Virus record (IMG/VR): IMGVR_UViG_3300006133_000004
Coordinates: 1-64,000 of that record
From: a virus
Taxonomy: Duplodnaviria; Caudoviricetes
Strand: one strand, 5' to 3'
Length of the DNA: 64,000 nt
The notes under the pieces are model-generated. The model made no database searches and was not told the DNA's origin. It saw nothing but the letters and a program-made list of their open reading frames with translations. Of this stretch, positions 1 to 10,060 are shown one piece after another; the stretch's first letter is position 1, and each line of letters starts with the position of its first letter. The position numbers and the translations under genes were made by a program.

Positions 1-3000
1 TTCTCGGCATTTGAAGTCGTAGCTATGACTGCTCTCTCCAACATCACCAATTCTGCGGTGAATGCTGGTAAGCGTCTTCTCTCCTCCCTGACCATCGAGC
101 CGATTTCGACGGGTTTCAGTGAGTATGAGCTTAAGATGGGTTCTATCCAGACCATCATGGCAAGTACCGGTGAAAGCCTGGACAAAGTCAATCAGAAACT
201 GGACGAACTGAACAAGTATTCAGACCGCACCATCTACTCCTTCTCTGATATGACCTCCAACATCGGTAAGTTCACCAATGCCGGTGTTAAGCTGGATGAC
301 GCCGTTGCCGCAATTCAGGGTGTCAGTAACGTGGCCGCTGTATCTGGCGCAAACGCCAATGAAGCATCCCGAGCAATGTACAACTTTGCTCAGGCGCTCT
401 CGGCAGGCTACGTTAAGCTGATTGACTGGAAGTCCATCGAGAATGCCAACATGGCTACTGTTGAGTTCAAGACACAGCTTCTTGAATCTGCTGTTGCAGC
501 TGGTACTTTAACGAGGACCGCCGATGGCATGTATAAGACTTTGGCGAAGGGGACTGTTATTGATGCGACCCATATGTTCAATGATAGTCTTCAGGAGCAG
601 TGGATGACCACGGAGGTCTTGACTTCGACGCTGAAAGATTATGCTGATGAAACTACAGAAATCGGCAAGAAAGCCTCTGCGGCTGCTCAGGATGTCAAAA
701 CCTGGTCTCAGCTTTTAGACACTCTTAAAGAGAGTGCTCAGTCCGGTTGGGCCGAGACCTGGCAGTTGATCGCTGGTGACTACGAAGAGGCGAAGACAAC
801 GCTTCGTACTTTCTCCGAATTTTTCAGCAGCATTATTGACGGGTCGTCCGAAGCAAGAAACTCGCTTCTCCAAGGAGCCCTGATGTCAAGCTGGGGGCAA
901 CTCAAAAATCGAGTCAATGAAACAGGAATCTCTGTCGATTCATTCCGAGATACCCTTCGGGAGACCGCTGAGGGTTCTGTTGAAGGTTTGGACAAGATGA
1001 TTGAGGAAGCCGGCTCATTTGATGCTGCCCTTTCCAAGGGTTGGCTGACCACCGACATTCTCTCTGATACGCTGGACAATTTGGTCAGCAAAGCCGCCGG
1101 CACGCAGGTCAGCATTTCGGAACTGTCGGATGAGCAACTTCAAAATATCGGCTATACCCAGGAGCAGATTGATGCTCTTCGAGCCCTTTCAGAGGAAGCC
1201 AAATCTTCAGACAGCAATCTTGCTTCTCTGGTCAGCACTTTGGGTCGTCAGAGTGGTCGTGAACTCCTGTTCGATTCTCTCCTGAATGGCGCAAAGGCTG
1301 TTCAGGGGTTATTCCAGACCATCAAAGGCGCTTGGCAGGATATTTTCCCTCCTGCCACATCTGAGCAGCTCTATTCTTTTATCGAAGCTCTCCACTCCGC
1401 ATCTGAGAGGATAAGAGATTTCTTCACACAGGCGGAGGAAGGTGCGGATGGGTTTACTGGAGCTATCAACAAGCCACTACAAGACATCGGAAACACATTC
1501 AAAGGCCTCTTTGCGATACTCGACATCGTGAAGCAAGCCTTTAGTGCTTTGTGGCGTGTCATCACTCCGGCTGGGTCTGCTGTCGGAGGGCTGCTTACTG
1601 GCGTCCTCGGACTGACTGGGTCTTTTGGCGAATGGCTTGTTAAACTTGACGAGTCTATCAAGAAAGGTGATGTCTTCTACAAGGGGCTCAAAACTATCGT
1701 GGACGTCGTGAAAGGCGCTATTACTGCTGTAACTGGCTTTGCAGCCGCGATTGGCGAGAGTTTGGGCTTCCCTGGTCTCGATGGGGCAACGGCTTCCGTT
1801 GAAGCTTTCCTTGGGACTTTGAAAGAGAAAGTCGGAGCGCCGGGCCTGGAGAAATTGCAGGTCGTTTTTGATGGTATCTGCACAAGGGTCAAGTGGGTGA
1901 AAGACGGCATTGTCGGAATGAAAGATAGTGTTGTCGACTCGATGGGTGAGATTGACGGGGCTGTTTCCGGGAATAAATTTGTTCAGGTCCTGACGGGCAT
2001 TGGAACCCTTATCAGACAGGTCGCCAGTGCTATCGGAGGGCTGCTCGGAAAAGCTATCGACGGTCTTATCAATACCCTGAGCAACGCCAATTTCAACGGC
2101 ATCCTTGATTTCCTGAACGCTTTGGCCGCTGGCGGCATTATAGCCGCAATCAACAAATTCATCGATCCTGTAGAGGAACTGGAGAATACATTTACCAGCC
2201 TCAAGGATTGGGTCAAGGGCCTCGGTGGTGGTGTCACCAAGATTTTGGATGGTGTTCGTGGAAGTCTGGAGGCTTGGCAGACAAAGTTGAAGTCCGATGC
2301 TTTGGGTAAGATCGCCGCATCTATCGCCGTACTCTCCGTCAGTTTGCTGGTGCTCTCGTCTATTGACTCTGACAAAGTAACTGGTTCACTTGCCGCTATG
2401 GGCACTATGTTCGCAGAACTTATAGCGTCTATGGCTGTTTTGGACAAGTTGAGCATTGACGGAAAAGCCGCCAACAAAACTGCTTCGGCCATGATAAAGA
2501 TGGGAGCGGCGCTCCTGGTTCTGAGTCTGGCCATGAAGAACATTGGCGAGTTAGAGCCGGAACAGTTAGCGGAAGGCCTGATTGGCGTCGGCGTGTTGCT
2601 GGCAGAGATCGACCTATTCCTTAATACAGCCAAGTTCGACAAGAATGCTTCCAAATCTGCGACAGGTATGATCCTGTTTGCTGCTGCAATCAAAATACTC
2701 TCTACCGCAGTAAAGAGCCTCGGAGAGATGGATTGGGATGATATGGCGAAGGGGCTTGTCGGCGTGGGGGTTCTCCTGGCCGAAGTCGAAATTTTCCTGA
2801 ACAATGCAAAGTTCAATGGAAAGGCTGTTTTGACTGCTACGGGTATCGTCATTCTTGCCTCTGCGATCAAGGTTCTTGCCTCCGCCTGTAAAGATTTTGG
2901 CTCTATGTCGTGGGGTGAAATCACTAAGGGTCTGGCATCTATTGCTGCACTTCTGCTGGAGATCACAGCGTTCACTAAACTGACCGGCGATGCCAAACAC

Positions 3001-6000
3001 GTTATCTCAACCGGTCTTGCCTTGATTGAAATTGCTGCCGCTATGAAGATATTTGCATCTGCGATGTCTGACTTTGGCAGTATGAGCGGTTCAGAGATTG
3101 CAAAGGGTCTTATGGCTATGGGTGGAGCTCTCGCTGAAGTGGCGATTGCTGTAAATCTGATGCCCAAGAACATGGTCAGTGTTGGGGCCGGCCTGGTCGT
3201 TGTCGGTGCGGCACTCAAGATTGTAGCCAGTGCTCTTTCCTCAATGGGCAACATGAGCTGGGAAGAGATCGCTAAAGGTCTTGTAGCTATGGGCGGTGCT
3301 CTTGCCGAACTGGCTATCGGTCTGAACGTCATGAACGGAACGCTGGCCGGTTCTGCTGCGCTACTTGTGGCCGCTGGAGCGTTGACCGTTCTGACTCCGG
3401 TGCTCGTGATTCTTGGCAACATGAGCTGGGAAGCTATTGCAAAGGGTCTTATTACAGTTGCGGGAGCTTTCACAATTATGGGTGTGGCAGGAGCGGTTCT
3501 CGGCTCGTTGGCTCCGTCTATCCTTGCCATTTCCGGAGCACTGGCCCTGCTCGGAGTTGGTTCCGTTGCTATTGGAGCAGGCCTTACACTGATTGGTACA
3601 GGGCTGACCTCCATCGCAGTGGGTTTAACATCGTTGGCAGCCTCCTTCGCCTCCAGCGGAGCCCTCATCGTTGGTGGACTTTCAGCCATTGTTCTCGGAT
3701 TCGCAGGGCTTATTCCGGCTATTGCCGAGAAAATCGGCGAGGCTATTGTGGCATTCTGCGGTGCCATTTCAAGTGGCACTCCAGCCATTGGCGAGGCTGT
3801 GAAAGCCATTGTTCTGACTTTGGTTGACATCCTCGTTGAGTGCGTTCCCGCTATTGCTGACGGTGCTCTTCAGTTGGTGACTGGCGTCTTAGCGTCTCTG
3901 GTTACTTATACACCCCAAATCGTAGATTCTGTTATGCAGTTCTTGATTGAGGTGCTTGAAGGAATTGCTCGCAATGTACCTCAGCTTGTTCAGGCAGCAA
4001 TGGACGTAGTCGGCGCATTCTTCGCTGGCGTCCTGAGTGCTTTGAGCAATATCGACAGCGGTTCCCTTATTCAGGGGATCGCTGCTGTTGGTCTGCTTAC
4101 AGCATTAGTCGCTGCACTCGGCGCTGTCTCGGGACTTATTCCGGCGGCCATGACCGGTGTTCTCGGAATGGGAGTTGTCATCACCGAACTCGCTGTCGTT
4201 CTGGCCGCCATTGGAGCTTTGGCACAAATTCCTGGCCTTGAGTGGCTTATCAGTGAGGGTGGTCAATTCCTCCAAACTGTCGGGAATGCGATTGGCGGTT
4301 TTGTCGGCGGAATCGTTGGTGGATTCATGAGCGGAGTTTCCAGTTCGTTCCCTCAGATCGGGGCGGATCTGTCTTCGTTCATGACAAATGTGAAGCCATT
4401 TATTGACGGAGCCAGAAGCATCAACCCAGACATGCTCACTGGGGTCAAAGCGCTTACCGAAGCAATCATTCTCATTACTGCCGCTGATCTGCTGGAGGGA
4501 TTGACCTCTTGGCTTACTGGCGGTTCCTCTTTGTCTGACTTCGCAGAACAGCTTGTGCCGTTTGGCGAGGCCATGATGAAGTTCTCCAACACCATTTCCG
4601 GTTTGGACGGAGATTTGGTCAGCACCGCTGCTATTGCTGGCAAAACACTGGCTGAAATGGCCGCTACTTTACCCAATACCGGAGGAGTAGTCGGATTCTT
4701 TGTTGGTGAAAACGACATGGAAGAGTTTGGGAATCAGCTCTCTGGCTTTGGCAAGTCTATGATGGACTTTGCTGACAGCATCAAGGGATTGGACTCCAAC
4801 GCTGTTCAAAATGCCGCGATTGCCGGTAAGGCAATGGCCGAAATGGCTGCTACCTTGCCCAATACTGGAGGTGCAGTGTCCTTCTTCACCGGAAACAACG
4901 ATATGGACACCTTTGGCGATCAGCTTGTCCCATTCGGCAAGGCTATTAAGGAATATTCCAATGCTGTGGCCGGTCTTGACGCAGACGCCGTTGTGAACTC
5001 GGCAACAGCCGGTAAGGCTCTTGTAGAACTTGCAAACACCATTCCCAATACTGGTGGAGCGGTTGCGTTCTTCACAGGAGACAATGACCTTGCAACCTTT
5101 GGCGAACAGATTGTTGTCTTTGGTAAAGCCATGAAGGAGTATTCGCAGACTGTTTCTGGTCTGGATGCCGAGGCTGTTACCAATTCCGCTACAGCAGGAG
5201 CAATCCTCGTGGAGCTTGCAAATACCGTTCCGAATACGGGTGGGCTTGTAAGCTTCTTTGCAGGGGATAACGATCTCGAAACCTTTGGTGAGCAAATCGT
5301 TCCGTTCGGCGAGGCTATGAAGGCCTACTCCGATTCCATCACCGGCATCGATGCGGAAGCGGTAACTGCATCTACTACTGCGGCTCAGGCACTCGCTCAG
5401 CTTCAAGCCTCTCTGCCAAACATGGGCGGGCTTGTTGATTTCTTCACCGGAAGTAATGATCTTTCTACATTCGCAGAAGGTATTATTCCCTTCGGTGAGG
5501 CGATGAAGTCCTATGGCCAATCGGTGTCTGGTATTGATGCTGAAGCCATTACTGCATCTGCCGTAGCGGCTCAGGCACTTTCCCAACTCCAAGCGACCCT
5601 CCCCAATGTTGGCGGGGTCATGGAGTTTTTCACCGGTGGAAATGACCTTGGCAAATTCTCTGAGGGGCTGGTCCCCTTTGGAGCAGCCATGAAGTCGTAT
5701 AGTGATTCTGTAGCCGGAATCAATGCAGAGGCTATTACTGCATCCGCCACTGCGGCCAAATCTCTGGCTGAGCTCCAGTCTGTTCTTCCGAATGTGGGAG
5801 GCGTCATGGAATTCTTCACTGGCGGTAACGATCTCGGTACTTTCGCCGCCGGCATCATTCCTTTCGGCGCAGCTATGAAGTCCTATGGGGAGGCTGTCGC
5901 CGACATCAATGCGGAAGCAATCACCGCATCCGCAATCGCGGCACAATCTCTTGCCCAACTGCAAACCACGCTTCCGGCAGTTGGCGGTGTGATGGAGTTC

Positions 6001-9000
6001 TTCACGGGAGGTAATGATCTTGCCACATTCGCCGCTACTATTGTTCCGTTTGGAGCGGCTATGAAATCCTACGGAGAAGCTGTTGCCGAAATTAACACCG
6101 AGTCCATCACCGCATCCGCAATCGCGGCACAATCCCTTGCACAGCTTCAGACCACACTTCCGCAAATCGGCGGAGTTATGGAATTCTTCACAGGCAGCTA
6201 CGATCTTGCGGCCTTTGGTGAATCCCTCATTCCATTTGGCGAAGCTATGAGCTCCTATGGAGCCGCTGTCGCTGGTATTGATGCTGGAGCTGTGACAAAT
6301 TCGGCGACTGCCGGACAGGCCCTTGTGGAGTTGGCCAACACCCTTCCGAAATGTGGAGGATTGGCAGAGGTATTTACCGGAAGCAATAGCTTGGCCGCTT
6401 TCGGCGATGATATTATTCAGTTTGGCGAAGACCTCTCTGCCTACGCCAACGCCATCAAAGATGTTAAACCGGAAATCGTAACAGCCTCCGCGAATGCCGC
6501 ACAAGCTCTGTCTAATTTGGCAACCGGTCTTCCGGATAGCAGTCTCTTTGACAAATGGTTCGGCGGCGACCAAACCCTTGCTTCCTTTGGCAAAGATATT
6601 GCCTCGTTTGGAACCGACATGGGTAATTACTATTCCAAGGTAGCCAGTATTGATTTGACGAAGCTATCCGGGGTTGTTGCTCAAGTTTGGTCTCTTGTTG
6701 ATCTGGCTAAAGGAATTCAGGGCGTTGACGCAAGTGGTCTCAGTTCGTTTGGAAATTCGTTGAAAATCATGGCGAATACTGGGATTTCTGAGTTCACCTC
6801 GGCGTTCTCAAATTCAACCGCTGAAGTCAGCAAAGCCGTTCAGGGTATGCTGAGTTCCGTAAGCGTCTCAATCACAAATGGCAAAACTCTCACTACCCCT
6901 GGTATGGAATCTGTGATGAAGTCGCTGGCCGACGTCGTTACGAAGAAGGCCACGGAGATCAACAACTCTGTAACGACAATGATGAAGGGCGTTGCAACTA
7001 CTATTCGTAGTAGTGACTCATCTATCAAGAGCGCGATGCAGACCGCACTCTCTGGAGCAGTTACCACTGTGAACAGTCTGAAGCCGCAATTCGAGACTGC
7101 TGGTGAGAATGCAGGCCAAGGCTTTGTCAATGGTATTCGTTCGATGCTTGATAGCTCAAGCGCGGCAGGCCGAAGTTTGGCATTGGCCGCATTAAATGCT
7201 GCTAAGAAGGCATTGGATAGTCATTCACCTTCTCGTGAGTTCATCCATCTGGGTGAAAATATGGGCGAGGGGTTGGCTATTGGCGCTAAGAACAGTATTG
7301 TCCCAGCTTCTCAGGCAACCTCTACAATGATCGACGAGGTTCTTAAGGTCAGTTCCAAGGGGATTGACGCATTCCAGGAGTGGGCAGAGGAAAAGAAGTA
7401 TTATGGTGAACTCAGCCTAAAAGACGAACTGGCAGGCTATGAGCGCCTACAGCAGATGTACAGGGCCGGAAGCGAAGAGCGCATCAAGATTGACCGAGAG
7501 GTCTACCGAATTCAAAATGAGCTCGTTGCGTCCACTTATCAAGCGTCTATTAACTGGATCGAGGAGGAGAAGTATTACAACCGGCTCAGTACGCAGGAAG
7601 AACTCGAAGCGTATGAGCGGATGCAGAAGCGATACTTGGAGGGCAGCGAGGAACGTAAGAAAATTGACCGCGAGGTCTACGCTCTTCGTAATCAGCTCAT
7701 GGATGAATCTTATCAGCACTCCATGGACTGGATCGAAGAGGAGAAGTATTACAACCGAATGAGCCTTTCCGATGAGCTCGCCGCTTACAAGCGGGTGCAA
7801 AGCCGATATGCGAAGGGCACCGATGAGCGCAAGAAGATGGATCGTGAGGTCTACCGGCTTGAACAAGAAATCTATGAGGCCCAGAAGCAGTACATTAGCG
7901 ACGTTCAGAGTGTCCAGAGCGAAGCAAATCAGAAACGTTTGGATCTCGAAGAGGAGTATGCCAATAAGGTCAAGTCCATCAACGAGAAATTAGCGTCTGA
8001 TATCCAATCGCTGAATGATAAGTATCAAAGCGCATTGGAATCTCGCACCAATAGTCTTTACCAGTCCTATGGCCTCTTTGATGAGGTTAAGGAGCGGGAA
8101 GAAGTCAGTGGTGAAACGCTGATGAAGAACCTGACCGATCAGGTGAAGGAGTTTGGTGAGTGGCAGGATATTTTGGATAGCCTTTCTGCAAGAGGTCTGG
8201 ATTCCGAGCTTGTCGGAGAGCTCCAAGAGATGGGCCCGTCCGCAATCGCGCAGATTAAAGCTCTCAACTCCATGAGCGATTCCGAGTTGGAGAAGTATGC
8301 TGCACTTTGGTCTATCAAGCACGCCCAAGCTCGTGAGCAGGCTGTTGGTGAGCTGGAAGGGCTCCGAATCGAAACCCAGAACAACATTGCTCAGCTTCGG
8401 GTCGATGCTGAACGGGAACTGGATGACTATCGTGCCACCTGGCAGACCAAGATGAACCAGGTCACCATCGATGCCAACAGGGAATTGGAAGAACTTCGTC
8501 AGGCCTTTGGCGAGAAAGTCGGTCTTATCAAGAAGGATACCGAAAAGGAAACGCAAGAGATGGCCGATGCCGCTCAAGCGATCCTTAAGGAAGCCGGATG
8601 GGATGAGACTGGCAAGCAGATCGTAACAGGCATTAAGGCTGGCGTCGAAGAGGAAAAGCCCAATTTCCTGGATGCTTTGACTCAGATGGCGTTGGACGGT
8701 GTTCAGGCTGTGAAAGACACACTTGACATCAACTCTCCTTCTCGGGTATTCCAGGAACTTGGTAACTTTACCGGTCTTGGTTTTGTGAAGGGGCTGACGG
8801 ACTACGCCGATAAATCTTACGATGCCGCTGCCAATATGGCGGGGTATGCAACCGATGGCCTTTCCAACGCAATCTCCACTGTTTCCGATTTGGTCAATGG
8901 CGAGTTCGATATGCAGCCGAGTATCCGGCCTGTGTTGGACTTCACTGATGTGGCCAGAGGGGCCGGGGAACTTAACAACCTGTTTGGCTACACAAGAACA

Positions 9001-9249
9001 CTTGCCCTTGCTGGGCAAACCAGTCTGGCATTTAACTCCACCTTGGACAAAGATGGAATGACAGTCACCGTTGACAACGATGGCGTTGTTCAGGAACTTC
9101 GTTCTTTGAGGAGCGAGATGGCAGAGATGACCGCTCGTTTGGAGCGGATGCAGGTTGTCCTGGACACTGGTACTCTGGTCGGTGAAATGGCCGATCCGTT
9201 GGATGCGGCTCTTGGACAGAAACAAGCCTTTAGGGGAAGGGGGATTTAG
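1..9249 (+). CDS. Tail tape measure protein (5' end outside window, >3080 aa)
   Basis: Frame is open from base 1 (FSAFEVVAMTAL...). N-terminal tape-measure-type domain (LNKYSDRTIYSFSDMT...), a long Ala/Gly-rich amphipathic body, HSPSR motifs near the C-terminus; lies directly upstream of Dit-like gene. Confidence 0.93.
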   Translation, partial: FSAFEVVAMTALSNITNSAVNAGKRLLSSLTIEPISTGFSEYELKMGSIQTIMASTGESLDKVNQKLDELNKYSDRTIYSFSDMTSNIGKFTNAGVKLDDAVAAIQGVSNVAAVSGANANEASRAMYNFAQALSAGYVKLIDWKSIENANMATVEFKTQLLESAVAAGTLTRTADGMYKTLAKGTVIDATHMFNDSLQEQWMTTEVLTSTLKDYADETTEIGKKASAAAQDVKTWSQLLDTLKESAQSGWAETWQLIAGDYEEAKTTLRTFSEFFSSIIDGSSEARNSLLQGALMSSWGQLKNRVNETGISVDSFRDTLRETAEGSVEGLDKMIEEAGSFDAALSKGWLTTDILSDTLDNLVSKAAGTQVSISELSDEQLQNIGYTQEQIDALRALSEEAKSSDSNLASLVSTLGRQSGRELLFDSLLNGAKAVQGLFQTIKGAWQDIFPPATSEQLYSFIEALHSASERIRDFFTQAEEGADGFTGAINKPLQDIGNTFKGLFAILDIVKQAFSALWRVITPAGSAVGGLLTGVLGLTGSFGEWLVKLDESIKKGDVFYKGLKTIVDVVKGAITAVTGFAAAIGESLGFPGLDGATASVEAFLGTLKEKVGAPGLEKLQVVFDGICTRVKWVKDGIVGMKDSVVDSMGEIDGAVSGNKFVQVLTGIGTLIRQVASAIGGLLGKAIDGLINTLSNANFNGILDFLNALAAGGIIAAINKFIDPVEELENTFTSLKDWVKGLGGGVTKILDGVRGSLEAWQTKLKSDALGKIAASIAVLSVSLLVLSSIDSDKVTGSLAAMGTMFAELIASMAVLDKLSIDGKAANKTASAMIKMGAALLVLSLAMKNIGELEPEQLAEGLIGVGVLLAEIDLFLNTAKFDKNASKSATGMILFAAAIKILSTAVKSLGEMDWDDMAKGLVGVGVLLAEVEIFLNNAKFNGKAVLTATGIVILASAIKVLASACKDFGSMSWGEITKGLASIAALLLEITAFTKLTGDAKHVISTGLALIEIAAAMKIFASAMSDFGSMSGSEIAKGLMAMGGALAEVAIAVNLMPKNMVSVGAGLVVVGAALKIVASALSSMGNMSWEEIAKGLVAMGGALAELAIGLNVMNGTLAGSAALLVAAGALTVLTPVLVILGNMSWEAIAKGLITVAGAFTIMGVAGAVLGSLAPSILAISGALALLGVGSVAIGAGLTLIGTGLTSIAVGLTSLAASFASSGALIVGGLSAIVLGFAGLIPAIAEKIGEAIVAFCGAISSGTPAIGEAVKAIVLTLVDILVECVPAIADGALQLVTGVLASLVTYTPQIVDSVMQFLIEVLEGIARNVPQLVQAAMDVVGAFFAGVLSALSNIDSGSLIQGIAAVGLLTALVAALGAVSGLIPAAMTGVLGMGVVITELAVVLAAIGALAQIPGLEWLISEGGQFLQTVGNAIGGFVGGIVGGFMSGVSSSFPQIGADLSSFMTNVKPFIDGARSINPDMLTGVKALTEAIILITAADLLEGLTSWLTGGSSLSDFAEQLVPFGEAMMKFSNTISGLDGDLVSTAAIAGKTLAEMAATLPNTGGVVGFFVGENDMEEFGNQLSGFGKSMMDFADSIKGLDSNAVQNAAIAGKAMAEMAATLPNTGGAVSFFTGNNDMDTFGDQLVPFGKAIKEYSNAVAGLDADAVVNSATAGKALVELANTIPNTGGAVAFFTGDNDLATFGEQIVVFGKAMKEYSQTVSGLDAEAVTNSATAGAILVELANTVPNTGGLVSFFAGDNDLETFGEQIVPFGEAMKAYSDSITGIDAEAVTASTTAAQALAQLQASLPNMGGLVDFFTGSNDLSTFAEGIIPFGEAMKSYGQSVSGIDAEAITASAVAAQALSQLQATLPNVGGVMEFFTGGNDLGKFSEGLVPFGAAMKSYSDSVAGINAEAITASATAAKSLAELQSVLPNVGGVMEFFTGGNDLGTFAAGIIPFGAAMKSYGEAVADINAEAITASAIAAQSLAQLQTTLPAVGGVMEFFTGGNDLATFAATIVPFGAAMKSYGEAVAEINTESITASAIAAQSLAQLQTTLPQIGGVMEFFTGSYDLAAFGESLIPFGEAMSSYGAAVAGIDAGAVTNSATAGQALVELANTLPKCGGLAEVFTGSNSLAAFGDDIIQFGEDLSAYANAIKDVKPEIVTASANAAQALSNLATGLPDSSLFDKWFGGDQTLASFGKDIASFGTDMGNYYSKVASIDLTKLSGVVAQVWSLVDLAKGIQGVDASGLSSFGNSLKIMANTGISEFTSAFSNSTAEVSKAVQGMLSSVSVSITNGKTLTTPGMESVMKSLADVVTKKATEINNSVTTMMKGVATTIRSSDSSIKSAMQTALSGAVTTVNSLKPQFETAGENAGQGFVNGIRSMLDSSSAAGRSLALAALNAAKKALDSHSPSREFIHLGENMGEGLAIGAKNSIVPASQATSTMIDEVLKVSSKGIDAFQEWAEEKKYYGELSLKDELAGYERLQQMYRAGSEERIKIDREVYRIQNELVASTYQASINWIEEEKYYNRLSTQEELEAYERMQKRYLEGSEERKKIDREVYALRNQLMDESYQHSMDWIEEEKYYNRMSLSDELAAYKRVQSRYAKGTDERKKMDREVYRLEQEIYEAQKQYISDVQSVQSEANQKRLDLEEEYANKVKSINEKLASDIQSLNDKYQSALESRTNSLYQSYGLFDEVKEREEVSGETLMKNLTDQVKEFGEWQDILDSLSARGLDSELVGELQEMGPSAIAQIKALNSMSDSELEKYAALWSIKHAQAREQAVGELEGLRIETQNNIAQLRVDAERELDDYRATWQTKMNQVTIDANRELEELRQAFGEKVGLIKKDTEKETQEMADAAQAILKEAGWDETGKQIVTGIKAGVEEEKPNFLDALTQMALDGVQAVKDTLDINSPSRVFQELGNFTGLGFVKGLTDYADKSYDAAANMAGYATDGLSNAISTVSDLVNGEFDMQPSIRPVLDFTDVARGAGELNNLFGYTRTLALAGQTSLAFNSTLDKDGMTVTVDNDGVVQELRSLRSEMAEMTARLERMQVVLDTGTLVGEMADPLDAALGQKQAFRGRGI
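4672..6534 (+). repeat. Tandem 186-bp (62-aa) repeats inside tape measure gene
   Basis: The Pro codon of the LP(N/A/Q/K/D)xGG unit recurs at 4672, 4858, 5044, 5230, 5416, 5602, 5788, 5974, 6160, 6346 and 6532, an exact 186-bp period. Confidence 0.9.
7381..7902 (+). repeat. Three 174-bp (58-aa) repeats W(A/I)EE(E/K)KYY in tape measure C-terminal region
   Basis: The Trp codon of each unit lies at 7381, 7555 and 7729. Confidence 0.85.
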
Positions 9250-9250
9250 T

Positions 9251-10057
9251 ATGTATCATTCTATCACATTTGACTTCGGCGAGAAGAACAAGAAGAACAC
9301 ATGGGATGACTGGCATCTGGTCCCCACTTCTCGGCCTGTTTTTAACCCGCCTGCACAAAAAGTAAAAACTATAGACATACCCGGTGGGGACGGCGTCATT
9401 GATTTGTCGCAAGCTCTCACCGGGTATCCCGTTTTCCAAAACCGAATCGGTTCTTTTGAGTTCATTGTGCCCAATGGGTTTGAACCGTGGGAAGCCGGAA
9501 AGATCGAACAGACTCCATGGCATTCGGTTTACTCCGAAATTATGGATCTCATTCACGGTCAATCTCTGAGAGCTATCTTAGAAGACGATCCCGAGTATTT
9601 CTACGAAGGGCGCTTCACCGTGAACAGTTGGAAGAGCCAAAAAGACTGGTCTCGCATTACCATTGATTACAGCGTCGGCCCCTATAAATGGTCGGTGCTG
9701 TCATCGATTGACGATTGGCTTTGGGACCCTTTCAACTTTCAAAATGGAGTTATTCGGGCTGCGATCTTCAAGAACATCTCAGTAACTACTGCGACTACTG
9801 CCCGTCAACTGGATGCAAAACTCTTTGGGCGGGCCCCCGTATGCCCTCATTTCCTTGTGACCAGCACAGCAAGGCGAGGAATTCACGTCCGTTTTGTGAA
9901 CCCACAGTTGGGGATTGATGAAACCAAATTACTCCATGATGGGACTATCCAGATTCCGGAGTTCGTATTCTTCGGAGATCAGGGAGCTACCATTTATCTA
10001 TGGTGCGATTCCGGTTCAGGGACCGTATCCGTTGACTTCAGACAGGGGAGGTTGTAA
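9251..10057 (+). CDS. Distal tail (Dit)-like protein
   Basis: ATG follows the TMP stop; KTIDIPGGDGVIDLS...EDDPEYFYEGRF motif typical of siphophage tail components; position after TMP. Confidence 0.8.
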   Translation: MYHSITFDFGEKNKKNTWDDWHLVPTSRPVFNPPAQKVKTIDIPGGDGVIDLSQALTGYPVFQNRIGSFEFIVPNGFEPWEAGKIEQTPWHSVYSEIMDLIHGQSLRAILEDDPEYFYEGRFTVNSWKSQKDWSRITIDYSVGPYKWSVLSSIDDWLWDPFNFQNGVIRAAIFKNISVTTATTARQLDAKLFGRAPVCPHFLVTSTARRGIHVRFVNPQLGIDETKLLHDGTIQIPEFVFFGDQGATIYLWCDSGSGTVSVDFRQGRL

Positions 10058-10060
10058 CCA

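Noticed and set aside
1983-9225. Long minus-strand ORFs (615, 634 and 411 aa) opposite the tape measure gene
   Set aside because: Antisense shadows of a repetitive Ala/Gly-rich gene; no RBS or recognisable motifs.
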